Shown one piece after another: positions 17,895 through 26,905 of a stretch of 32,441 nucleotides of DNA. The stretch lies in the IMG/VR virus record IMGVR_UViG_2541047895_000011; one strand, written 5' to 3'. Both the position numbers and the translations under genes were made by a program. The stretch comes from a virus. Lineage: Duplodnaviria; Heunggongvirae; Uroviricota; Caudoviricetes. The notes under the pieces are model-generated. The model ran no database searches. It worked only from the letters and a program-made list of their open reading frames with translations, and had not been told where the DNA came from. How positions within the stretch are numbered: position 1 is the stretch's first letter; each line of letters begins with the position of its first letter.

Positions 17895-18339
17895 GTTTAA
17901 GCGTTTTGAAGACCAGCTGACCGGACTTATTGAGTCGCTGTCACCGTCAGGGCGTCGGCGGCTGAGTGCAGAGCTGGCGAAGCGTCTGCGGCAGAGTCAG
18001 CAGCGTCGGGTGATGGCACAGAAAGCCCCGGACGGCACACCCTACGCGCCACGCCAGCAGCAGAGCGCCAGAAAAAAGACCGGTCGTGTTAAGCGAAAAA
18101 TGTTTGCGAAACTTATCACCAGTCGTTTTTTGCATATCCGCGCCAGCCCGGAACAGGCATCAATGGAATTTTACGGCGGGAAGTCGCCGAAAATCGCCAG
18201 TGTGCATCAGTTCGGTCTGTCGGAAGAAACCCGGAAAGACGGTAAGAAAATTGATTATCCGGCGCGTCCTCTGCTCGGCTTTACCGGTGAGGATGTGCAG
18301 ATGATTGAAGAGATTATTCTGGCTCACCTCGACCGTTAG
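17887..18339 (+). CDS. S: Tail completion protein, P2 gpS-like
   Basis: 150 aa; position and size of P2 S. Confidence 0.8.
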   Translation: MNEFKRFEDQLTGLIESLSPSGRRRLSAELAKRLRQSQQRRVMAQKAPDGTPYAPRQQQSARKKTGRVKRKMFAKLITSRFLHIRASPEQASMEFYGGKSPKIASVHQFGLSEETRKDGKKIDYPARPLLGFTGEDVQMIEEIILAHLDR

Positions 18340-18405
18340 TTGTGCCATTCCTGACACCTCATCGTCACATTGCCGCCGGTATGACCCGGCGGCATCCTTC
18401 CCGTT

Positions 18406-19041
18406 ATGAACACTCTCGCAAATATTCAGGAACTCGCGCGCGCACTGCGCAACATGATTCGCACCGGCATTATCGTCGAAACCGACCTTAACGCCGGTCG
18501 CTGCCGCGTGCAGACCGGCGGCATGTGCACCGACTGGCTTCAGTGGCTGACCCATCGCGCAGGACGTTCGCGCACATGGTGGGCACCTTCCGTGGGGGAG
18601 CAGGTGCTGATTCTGGCCGTGGGCGGTGAACTCGACACGGCGTTCGTTCTGCCGGGGATTTATTCCGGCGATAACCCCGCGCCGTCTGCATCGGCGGATG
18701 CCCTGCATATCCGTTTCCCTGACGGGGCGGTGATTGAGTATGAACCTGAAACCAGTGCGCTCACGGTAAGCGGAATTAAAACGGCCAGCGTGACGGCTTC
18801 TGATTCTGTTACTGCCACGGTGCCGGTGGTCATGGTGAAAGCGTCAACCCGCATCACCCTGGACACACCGGAGGTGGTCTGCACCAACAGGCTGATTACC
18901 GGCACGCTGGAAGTACAGAAGGGCGGGACGATGCGCGGCAACATTGAACACACCGGCGGTGAACTCTCATCAAACGGTAAGGTACTGCATACCCATAAAC
19001 ACCCCGGCGACAGCGGCGGCACAACCGGGAGTCCTCTATGA
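18406..19041 (+). CDS. V: Baseplate spike protein, P2 gpV-like
   Basis: 211 aa; position and size of P2 V. Confidence 0.85.
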   Translation: MNTLANIQELARALRNMIRTGIIVETDLNAGRCRVQTGGMCTDWLQWLTHRAGRSRTWWAPSVGEQVLILAVGGELDTAFVLPGIYSGDNPAPSASADALHIRFPDGAVIEYEPETSALTVSGIKTASVTASDSVTATVPVVMVKASTRITLDTPEVVCTNRLITGTLEVQKGGTMRGNIEHTGGELSSNGKVLHTHKHPGDSGGTTGSPL

Positions 19042-19385
19042 CAGCACGTTATCTCGGAATGAATCGCAGTGATGGCCTGACTGTCACTGACCTTGAGCAT
19101 ATCAGCCAGAGTATCGGCGATATCCTGCGCACGCCGGTCGGCTCACGGGTGATGCGTCGTGATTACGGCTCGTTGCTGGCGTCAATGATTGACCAGCCGC
19201 AGACCCCGGCGCTTGAGTTGCAGATTAAGGTCGCCTGTTACATGGCGGTGCTGAAATGGGAACCCCGCGTCACCCTGTCATCCGTCACCACTGAGCGCAG
19301 TTTTGACGGGCGAATGACGGTCACGTTAACCGGCCAGCACAACGACACCGGCCAGTCACTTTCGTTAACCATCCCTGTGAGTTGA
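19038..19385 (+). CDS. W: Baseplate wedge protein, P2 gpW-like
   Basis: 115 aa; overlaps the V stop; position and size of P2 W. Confidence 0.85.
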   Translation: MTARYLGMNRSDGLTVTDLEHISQSIGDILRTPVGSRVMRRDYGSLLASMIDQPQTPALELQIKVACYMAVLKWEPRVTLSSVTTERSFDGRMTVTLTGQHNDTGQSLSLTIPVS

Positions 19386-19389
19386 AACC

Positions 19390-20298
19390 ATGCCGATTAT
19401 CGACCTGAACCAGCTACCCGCACCGGATGTGGTCGAAGAGCTGGACTTTGAAACCATTCTTGCCGAACGCAAGGCGACACTGATTTCCCTTTACCCGGAA
19501 GACCAGCAGGAGGCGGTCGCCCGTACCCTGACGCTGGAATCCGAGCCTCTCGTCAAACTGCTGGAGGAAAATGCTTATCGTGAGCTTATCTGGCGTCAGC
19601 GTGTGAATGAGGCCGCACGGGCGGTGATGCTGGCCTGTGCTGCCGGTAATGACCTTGATGTGATTGGTGCCAATTACAACACCACGCGCCTGACTATCAC
19701 CCCGGCAGATGATTCGACCCTCCCGCCGACACCGGCAGTGATGGAGTCTGACACCGATTATCGTCTGCGTATTCAGCAGGCGTTTGAAGGTTTAAGCGTC
19801 GCCGGGTCGGTGGGTGCCTATCAGTATCATGGTCGAAGTGCCGACGGGCGTGTCGCGGATATCTCTGTCACCAGTCCGTCTCCGGCCTGCGTCACCATCT
19901 CTGTGCTGTCACGTGAAAATAACGGTGTTGCATCCGAAGACCTGCTGGCCGTGGTGCGTAACGCCCTTAATGGCGAGGACGTCAGGCCGGTGGCCGACCG
20001 CGTGACCGTACAGTCTGCCGCCATTGTTGAATACCAGATAAACGCCACGCTTTACCTTTACCCAGGCCCCGAAAGCGAACCCATCCGCGCTGCCGCCGTG
20101 AAAAAACTGGAAGCGTATATCACGGCACAGCACCGGCTGGGGCGCGACATCCGTCTGTCTGCCATTTATGCCGCTTTGCATGTGGAAGGTGTGCAGCGTG
20201 TCGAACTGGCTGCACCGCTGGCCGATATCGTGCTTAACAGCACGCAGGCGTCTTTCTGTACCGAATACCGCGTCGTGACCGGAGGCTCGGATGAGTGA
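19390..20298 (+). CDS. J: Baseplate protein, P2 gpJ-like
   Basis: 302 aa; position and size of P2 J. Confidence 0.85.
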   Translation: MPIIDLNQLPAPDVVEELDFETILAERKATLISLYPEDQQEAVARTLTLESEPLVKLLEENAYRELIWRQRVNEAARAVMLACAAGNDLDVIGANYNTTRLTITPADDSTLPPTPAVMESDTDYRLRIQQAFEGLSVAGSVGAYQYHGRSADGRVADISVTSPSPACVTISVLSRENNGVASEDLLAVVRNALNGEDVRPVADRVTVQSAAIVEYQINATLYLYPGPESEPIRAAAVKKLEAYITAQHRLGRDIRLSAIYAALHVEGVQRVELAAPLADIVLNSTQASFCTEYRVVTGGSDE

Positions 20299-20821
20299 TT
20301 CGCGACTGCTGCCGACCGGCTCATCACCGCTTGAGGTAGCCGCCGCAAAAGCCTGTGCGGAAATTGAAAAAACACCGGTCAGTATTCGTGAGCTGTGGAA
20401 CCCGGACACCTGCCCGGCAAATCTGCTGCCGTGGCTGGCGTGGGCGTTTTCGGTCGACAGATGGGATGAAAAGTGGCCGGAAGCGACAAAACGCGCCGTT
20501 ATCCGCGATGCGTATTTCATCCACTGTCATAAAGGCACTATAGGTGCAATCCGGCGTGTGGTGGAGCCGCTCGGCTATCTCATCAACGTGACGGAGTGGT
20601 GGGAAAACAGTGACCCGCCCGGCACCTTCCGGCTTGATATTGGTGTACTGGAAAGTGGCATCACAGAGGCAATGTATCAGGAAATGGAACGGCTGATTGC
20701 TGATGCCAAACCTGCAAGCCGTCACCTTATTGGCCTGAACATTACCCGGGACATTCCCGGCTACCTGTTCGCCGGTGGTGTGGCTTACGACGGCGATGTA
20801 ATTACGGTTTACCCCGGATAA
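20291..20821 (+). CDS. I: Baseplate protein, P2 gpI-like
   Basis: 176 aa; overlaps the J stop; position and size of P2 I. Confidence 0.85.
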   Translation: MSDSRLLPTGSSPLEVAAAKACAEIEKTPVSIRELWNPDTCPANLLPWLAWAFSVDRWDEKWPEATKRAVIRDAYFIHCHKGTIGAIRRVVEPLGYLINVTEWWENSDPPGTFRLDIGVLESGITEAMYQEMERLIADAKPASRHLIGLNITRDIPGYLFAGGVAYDGDVITVYPG

Positions 20822-20831
20822 GTGAGGAATA

Positions 20832-23024
20832 ATGAGCACAAAATTCAGAACCGTTATCACCACTGCCGGTGCAGCAAAGCTGGCAGCGGCAACCGCACCG
20901 GGAGGGCGGAAGGTCAACATTACCACGATGGCCGTCGGGGATGGCGGTGGTAAATTGCCTGTCCCGGATGCCGGACAGACCGGGCTTATCCACGAAGTCT
21001 GGCGACATGCGCTGAACAAAATCAGTCAGGACAAACGAAACAGTAATTATATTATCGCAGAGCTGGTTATTCCGCCGGAGGTGGGCGGTTTCTGGATGCG
21101 TGAGCTTGGCCTGTACGATGATGCGGGAACGCTAATTGCCGTGGCAAACATGGCCGAAAGTTATAAACCAGCTCTTGCCGAAGGCTCAGGGCGTTCGCAG
21201 ACCTGCCGCATGGTCATCATCGTCAGCAGTGTGGCCTCAGTGGCGTTGACTATTGACACCACAACGGTGATGGCGACGCAGGATTACGTTGATGACAAAA
21301 TTGCAGAGCACGAACAGTCACGACGTCACCCGGACGCTTCGCTGACCGCAAAAGGTTTTACTCAGTTAAGCAGCGCGACCAACAGCACGTCTGAAACACT
21401 GGCCGCAACGCCGAAAGCGGTAAAGGCCGCATATGACCTTGCTAACGGGAAATATACTGCACAGGATGCCACTACAGCGCGAAAAGGTCTTGTCCAGCTC
21501 AGTAGTGCCACCAACAGCACGTCTGAAACGCTCGCCGCAACACCAAAAGCGGTTAAGGCAGCGTATGACCTTGCTAACGGGAAATACACTGCACAGGACG
21601 CCACCACAGCGCGAAAAGGCCTTGTCCAGCTCAGTAGCGCCACCAACAGCGATTCTGAAACGCTTGCGGCAACGCCAAAGGCGGTAAAAGCAGCATATGA
21701 CCTTGCTAACGGGAAATATACCGCACAGGACGCCACCACAGCGCGAAAAGGCCTTGTCCAGCTCAGTAGCGCCACCAACAGCGATTCTGAAACGCTTGCA
21801 GCAACGCCAAAGGCGGTTAAGACAGCGTATGACCTTGCTAACGGGAAATACACTGCGCAGGATGCCACCACGGCACGGAAAGGCCTTGTCCAGCTCAGTA
21901 GCGCCACCAACAGCGATTCTGAAACGCTTGCAGCAACGCCAAAGGCGGTTAAGACAGCGTATGACCTTGCTAACGGGAAATACACTGCGCAGGATGCCAC
22001 CACGGCACGGAAAGGCCTTGTCCAGCTCAGTAGCGCCACCAACAGTGATTCTGAAACGCTGGCCGCAACACCAAAAGCAGTGAAGTCTGCCTATGACAAT
22101 GCTGAAAAACGTCTTCAGAAAGATCAGAACGGTGCGGATATTCCGGGAAAGGATACCTTCACGAAAAATATCGGTGCCTGTCGTGCTTATAGCGGCGCTT
22201 TGAGCACTGAAGCCGGAAACTGGACAACCGCTCAGTTTATTGAATGGCTGGATTCCCGTGGTGCATTTAATCATCCGTACTGGATGTGCAAATGTTCATG
22301 GTCATACGGCAATAATAAAATTATTACCGATACTGGCTGTGGAACTATTCATCTTGCAGGTTGCGTTATTGAGGTTATGGGTAATAAAGGTGCCATGACC
22401 ATCCGTGTAACAACACCAAGCACTTCCACCGGAGGCGGCACCACTAACGCTCAATTCACTTATATTAATCATGGTGATGCTTATGCCCCCGGCTGGCGAC
22501 GAGACTACAACACGAAAAACCAGCAGCCTGCATTTGCTTTAGGGCAAACAGGAAGCAGGGTTGCAAATGATAAAGCTGTTGGCTGGAACTGGAATAGCGG
22601 TGTTTATGATGCAGATATCAGCGGTGCATCGACATTAATCCTCCACTTCAATATGAATGCGGGGAGTTGCCCTGCCGTACAGTTCCGTGTGAATTATAAG
22701 AACGGCGGTATTTTTTATCGTTCAGCACGTGATGGTTATGGATTTGAGGCTGACTGGTCAGAGTTTTACACCACAACCCGCAAACCCTCTGCGGGAGATG
22801 TTGGTGCATATACCAAAGCTGAATCGGATTCTCGCTATGTACGAGATATTCGCCTGGGCACACGTGTTGTTCAGACTATGCAAAAAGGTGTGATGTATGA
22901 AAAATCAGGCCATGTAATTACAGGGCTTGGTATTGTCGGTGAAGTCGATGGTGATGACCCCGCAGTATTCAGACCAATACAAAAATACATCAATGGCACA
23001 TGGTATAACGTCGTACAGGTGTAA
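20832..23024 (+). CDS. H: Tail fibre protein, P2 gpH-like, with an internal tandem repeat array and an AT-rich C-terminal domain
   Basis: 730 aa; P2-like N-terminal part, then six in-frame 44-aa repeats, then a Cys-containing C-terminal domain of lower GC. Confidence 0.9.
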   Translation: MSTKFRTVITTAGAAKLAAATAPGGRKVNITTMAVGDGGGKLPVPDAGQTGLIHEVWRHALNKISQDKRNSNYIIAELVIPPEVGGFWMRELGLYDDAGTLIAVANMAESYKPALAEGSGRSQTCRMVIIVSSVASVALTIDTTTVMATQDYVDDKIAEHEQSRRHPDASLTAKGFTQLSSATNSTSETLAATPKAVKAAYDLANGKYTAQDATTARKGLVQLSSATNSTSETLAATPKAVKAAYDLANGKYTAQDATTARKGLVQLSSATNSDSETLAATPKAVKAAYDLANGKYTAQDATTARKGLVQLSSATNSDSETLAATPKAVKTAYDLANGKYTAQDATTARKGLVQLSSATNSDSETLAATPKAVKTAYDLANGKYTAQDATTARKGLVQLSSATNSDSETLAATPKAVKSAYDNAEKRLQKDQNGADIPGKDTFTKNIGACRAYSGALSTEAGNWTTAQFIEWLDSRGAFNHPYWMCKCSWSYGNNKIITDTGCGTIHLAGCVIEVMGNKGAMTIRVTTPSTSTGGGTTNAQFTYINHGDAYAPGWRRDYNTKNQQPAFALGQTGSRVANDKAVGWNWNSGVYDADISGASTLILHFNMNAGSCPAVQFRVNYKNGGIFYRSARDGYGFEADWSEFYTTTRKPSAGDVGAYTKAESDSRYVRDIRLGTRVVQTMQKGVMYEKSGHVITGLGIVGEVDGDDPAVFRPIQKYINGTWYNVVQV
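21352..22098. repeat. Six tandem copies of a 132-bp (44-codon) unit inside H, the phage tail-fibre repeat
   Basis: The motif ACCAACAGC recurs at 21378, 21510, 21642, 21774, 21906 and 22038, exactly 132 bp apart; units 4 and 5 appear identical; the encoded unit is GLVQLSSATNS(T/D)SETLAATPKAVK(A/T)AYDLANGKYTAQDATTARK. Confidence 0.9.
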
Positions 23025-23027
23025 TTT

Positions 23028-23555
23028 ATGCAGCATTTAAAAAATATTACTGCGGGTAATCCCAAAACTATTGCCCAATATCAACTGACAAAAAATTTTG
23101 ATGTTATCTGGTTATGGTCTGAAGACGGAAAAAACTGGTATGAGGAAGTAAGTAATTTTCAGGAAGACACGATAAAGATTGTTTACGACGAGAATAATAT
23201 AATTGTCGGCATCACCAGAGATGCTTCAACGCTTAACCCTGAAGGTTTTAGCGTTGTCGAGGTTCCTGATATTACCGCCAACCGACGTGCGGATGACTCA
23301 GGTAAATGGATGTTTAAGGATGGTGCCGTGATTAAGCGGATTTATACGACAGACGAACAGCAGCAACTGGCAGAATCACAAAAGGCAACTTTACTTTCCG
23401 AAGCTGAATCCGTGATTTTGCCGCTGGAGCGCGCTGTCAGGCTGAATATGGCAACAGATGAGGAACGCAGCCGACTGGAAGCATGGGAACGCTACAGCGT
23501 TCTGGTCAGCCGTGTGGATCCTGCAAATCCTGAATGGCCGGAAATGCCGCAATAA
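23028..23555 (+). CDS. G: Tail fibre assembly chaperone, P2 gpG-like
   Basis: 175 aa immediately after H; size and position of P2 G. Confidence 0.85.
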   Translation: MQHLKNITAGNPKTIAQYQLTKNFDVIWLWSEDGKNWYEEVSNFQEDTIKIVYDENNIIVGITRDASTLNPEGFSVVEVPDITANRRADDSGKWMFKDGAVIKRIYTTDEQQQLAESQKATLLSEAESVILPLERAVRLNMATDEERSRLEAWERYSVLVSRVDPANPEWPEMPQ

Positions 23556-23776
23556 GTTGTATAAGCTCTGGTGTGAGATTACATATCTATGGCACAGAGT
23601 AAAGCCTAATCTGACAGGCCGCTCTGTGTCTGGAGTAGATTTTAGTAAAGCATTATTTCATTAGTGCAAATTCTAAACAATACATTTTATGTATATGATA
23701 TCCTGCGGACTTTAATGACTTGGTTTAGGCTAACCAGATAACACTGAAGGAATATTTTTGATAATTAAGGTGCGGT

Positions 23777-24370
23777 ATGTTTACTAAGCGACGATTAAAA
23801 AATATTAACTGGGAGGCAAGTTCAGTGATTCTTGCTATGGTTCTCTTTGTTGGAAATATATTTTATACAAATCATCGTGATGATATAAGCATGGAGGCTG
23901 AGAGAGACAGTATCAGAACAATGTTTGCATATGAAATCGCTAATAACCATCGCGCTCTCACTTTTCTTGATAAAACGAGAAATATTGGCTTTGACGAAAA
24001 TTCGGAGCATTTTGTTGGCGAGCCTTTTGCCATTAATGTCGAATCATTAGGAGGGCCTCGCTTACAGATTGCATTAAACCAGACTGATAAAGTTTTTAAA
24101 GCCTACTTCAGTGAATTAAGTAAACTTGATAAAGAGGATGTTACTCTTCTTATGGACTATTACCATGAGCAAAGCATCCTGCTGGAGTGTGTAAAATCTA
24201 CGTTAGAGAAGATGAAAAGCAATAATGATATTAAAGTTGATATTGATGGTTACTTATTAGAAGAACACTTCATGAATGAGTTTAATCTTTCTAATATTTT
24301 GCTTAAACGCTATAGCCATTTGTTGTCACAACACCTCAAAAAACCTGAAACAAAAGATTTACATAATTGA
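23777..24370 (+). CDS. Hypothetical membrane-anchored protein at the P2 Z/fun cargo position
   Basis: 197-aa ORF in an AT-rich island between G and FI; N-terminal hydrophobic segment (SSVILAMVLFVGNIFY); a terminator hairpin follows downstream; no motif I recognise. Confidence 0.6.
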   Translation: MFTKRRLKNINWEASSVILAMVLFVGNIFYTNHRDDISMEAERDSIRTMFAYEIANNHRALTFLDKTRNIGFDENSEHFVGEPFAINVESLGGPRLQIALNQTDKVFKAYFSELSKLDKEDVTLLMDYYHEQSILLECVKSTLEKMKSNNDIKVDIDGYLLEEHFMNEFNLSNILLKRYSHLLSQHLKKPETKDLHN

Positions 24371-24577
24371 TGATCTGCTAATGGTTATTCATGGGATAAC
24401 TATGTTTTATATGTAATCCAACTCAGATGAATTATTGATTCTGGATAATAACCGCAGAGCGGCATATACCCTGACAGGCAAATGTCCGCTTCTTGCTCAA
24501 AGCAGACTGTCAGATTTGATAACTTTTGGGTTATGTAAATTGTCAGTCGGAAAATGAGTGTGTGCAAATCAGGACAG

Positions 24578-24600
24578 GCGGGCGAATTGCCCGCTTTTTC
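24578..24600 (+). terminator. Rho-independent terminator downstream of the Z/fun-position ORF
   Basis: Hairpin GCGGGC-GAATT-GCCCGC followed by TTTTTCTTT. Confidence 0.65.
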
Positions 24601-24699
24601 TTTATCTGTTGTTTCATCCCCTGACCAGCCAGCTCAAATAGCGTCTCATGCTTTGCACAACAGAAAATAGTTGCACCCATTAACCACGGAGTTAAACGG

Positions 24700-25890
24700 A
24701 TGAGTGACTATCATCACGGCGTGCAGGTGCTGGAGATTAACGACGGCACCCGCGTCATTTCCACCGTATCCACCGCCATTGTCGGCATGGTCTGCACGGC
24801 CAGCGATGCGGATGCGGAAACCTTCCCCCTCAATAAACCGGTGCTGATTACCAATGTGCAGAGCGCAATTGCAAAGGCCGGTAAAAAAGGCACGCTGGCG
24901 GCATCGTTGCAGGCCATCGCCGACCAGTCAAAACCGGTCACCGTTGTCGTGCGTGTGGAAGACGGCACCGGCGACGACGAGGAAGCGAAACTCGCGCAGA
25001 CCGTTTCCAATATCATCGGCACCACTGACGAAAACGGTCAGTACACCGGACTGAAAGCCCTGATGGGGGCTGAGTCGGTTACCGGCGTTAAACCGCGCAT
25101 TCTTGGTGTGCCGGGGCTGGACACCAAAGAGGTTGCCGTCGCACTGGCATCGGTATGCCAGGAACTGAATGCATTCGGGTATATCAGCGCATGGGGCTGT
25201 AAAACCATTTCCGAGGTGAAAGCCTACCGCCAGAATTTCAGCCAGCGTGAGCTGATGGTTATCTGGCCGGATTTCCTCGCATGGGATACGGTCACCAGTA
25301 CCACCGCCACCGCGTATGCCACCGCCCGTGCGCTGGGGCTGCGCGCTAAAATCGACCAGGAGCAGGGCTGGCATAAAACGCTGTCCAACGTCGGGGTAAA
25401 CGGTGTTACCGGCATCAGTGCATCTGTATTCTGGGATTTGCAGAAGTCTGGCACTGATGCTGACCTGCTGAACGAGGCAGGCGTCACAACGCTGGTTCGC
25501 CGCGACGGTTTCCGTTTCTGGGGTAACCGTACCTGCTCCGATGACCCACTGTTCCTCTTTGAAAGCTACACACGCACTGCGCAGGTACTGGCCGACACGA
25601 TGGCTGAGGCGCACATGTGGGCTATTGATAAGCCCATCACCGCAACGCTGATTCGCGACATCATTGACGGCATCAATGCCAAATTCCGCGAACTGAAAAA
25701 CAACGGTTATATCGTGGATGGCACATGCTGGTTCAGTGAAGAATCCAACGATGCGGAAACCCTCAAGGCCGGAAAACTGTATATCGACTACGACTATACA
25801 CCGGTGCCTCCTCTCGAAAACCTGACCCTGCGCCAGCGTATTACTTCCAGATACCTGGCAAGTCTGGTCACCTCGGTTAACAGCAATTAA
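24700..25890 (+). CDS. FI: Tail sheath protein, P2 gpFI-like
   Basis: 396 aa; size and position of P2 FI. Confidence 0.9.
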   Translation: MSDYHHGVQVLEINDGTRVISTVSTAIVGMVCTASDADAETFPLNKPVLITNVQSAIAKAGKKGTLAASLQAIADQSKPVTVVVRVEDGTGDDEEAKLAQTVSNIIGTTDENGQYTGLKALMGAESVTGVKPRILGVPGLDTKEVAVALASVCQELNAFGYISAWGCKTISEVKAYRQNFSQRELMVIWPDFLAWDTVTSTTATAYATARALGLRAKIDQEQGWHKTLSNVGVNGVTGISASVFWDLQKSGTDADLLNEAGVTTLVRRDGFRFWGNRTCSDDPLFLFESYTRTAQVLADTMAEAHMWAIDKPITATLIRDIIDGINAKFRELKNNGYIVDGTCWFSEESNDAETLKAGKLYIDYDYTPVPPLENLTLRQRITSRYLASLVTSVNSN

Positions 25891-25902
25891 GGAGCCTGAC
25901 CG

Positions 25903-26421
25903 ATGGCAATGCCGCGCAAACTCAAGTTAATGAACGTCTTTCTGAACGGCTACAGCTATCAGGGCGTCGCGAAGTCCGTCACGCTGCCAAAACTGACCCG
26001 TAAGCTCGAAAACTATCGCGGTGCGGGGATGAACGGCAGCGCACCGGTAGACCTCGGCCTTGATGATGATGCTCTGTCAATGGAGTGGTCGCTTGGGGGC
26101 TTCCCGGATTCGGTTATCTGGGAGCTTTACGCCGCAACCGGCGTGGATGCCGTGCCGATTCGTTTTGCCGGTTCTTACCAGCGCGACGATACCGGCGAAA
26201 CGGTGGCCGTCGAAGTGGTCATGCGTGGACGTCAGAAAGAAATCGACACCGGCGAGGGTAAACAGGGAGAAGACACCGAGTCGAAAATCTCCGTGGTCTG
26301 CACCTATTTCCGGCTGACGATGGACGGTAAGGAGCTGGTCGAAATTGACACCATCAACATGATTGAGAAGGTGAACGGCGTCGACCGGCTGGAGCAACAC
26401 CGCCGCAATATCGGCCTGTGA
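25903..26421 (+). CDS. FII: Tail tube protein, P2 gpFII-like
   Basis: 172 aa; size and position of P2 FII. Confidence 0.9.
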   Translation: MAMPRKLKLMNVFLNGYSYQGVAKSVTLPKLTRKLENYRGAGMNGSAPVDLGLDDDALSMEWSLGGFPDSVIWELYAATGVDAVPIRFAGSYQRDDTGETVAVEVVMRGRQKEIDTGEGKQGEDTESKISVVCTYFRLTMDGKELVEIDTINMIEKVNGVDRLEQHRRNIGL

Positions 26422-26477
26422 TTTTCATCCGGTCAGCCTGGCTGACCGGTTAACCCCGATTCATAAGTGAGAAAACC

Positions 26478-26753
26478 ATGAACAAAGAAAATGTGATTAC
26501 CCTGGACAATCCGGTCAAACGTGGTGAGCAGGTCATCGAACAGGTCACGCTGATGAAACCCAGTGCGGGGACGCTGCGCGGTGTCAGTCTGGCCGCGGTC
26601 GCAAACTCCGAAGTCGATGCACTGATTAAAGTGCTGCCGCGCATGACGGCACCGATGCTGACCGAGCAGGAGGTCGCCGCACTGGAACTGCCTGACCTTG
26701 TGGCGCTGGCCGGTAAGGTGGTCGGTTTTTTGTCGCCGAACTCGGTGCAGTGA
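26478..26753 (+). CDS. E: Tail assembly chaperone E (zero-frame product)
   Basis: 91 aa; ends just after a GGTTTTTTG slippery motif. Confidence 0.85.
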   Translation: MNKENVITLDNPVKRGEQVIEQVTLMKPSAGTLRGVSLAAVANSEVDALIKVLPRMTAPMLTEQEVAALELPDLVALAGKVVGFLSPNSVQ

Positions 26754-26905
26754 CGTTCCCGAAAAATCTCTCGGTCGATGACCTGATGGCGGATGTGGCA
26801 GTGATATTTCACTGGCCGCCATCAGAACTGTATCCCATGAGCCTGACCGAACTCATCACATGGCGCGAAAAGGCGCTCCGGCGAAGCGGAAACACGAATG
26901 AGTAA
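26478..26905 (+). CDS. Tail assembly chaperone E+E' (predicted programmed -1 frameshift product, about 142 aa)
   Basis: T-run slippery site at about 26726..26732 near the 3' end of E; the -1 frame stays open and terminates at the TAA at 26903..26905, which overlaps the T start codon; total length matches P2 E+E'. End coordinate inferred from the T start and carries about 1 nt uncertainty from hand counting. Confidence 0.55.

Noticed and set aside
21352-22098. Possible CRISPR array (regularly spaced repeats)
   Set aside because: The units are contiguous 132-bp protein-coding repeats with no unique spacers and no cas genes; the period and coding continuity fit a tail-fibre repeat.
21362-22274. 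Long minus-strand ORFs (226 and 302 aa) and short plus-strand alternative-frame ORFs across the H repeat region
   Set aside because: They lie entirely within the tandem 132-bp repeats of tail-fibre gene H and are themselves repetitive; the in-frame H reading is continuous and P2-like, so these are repeat artefacts.
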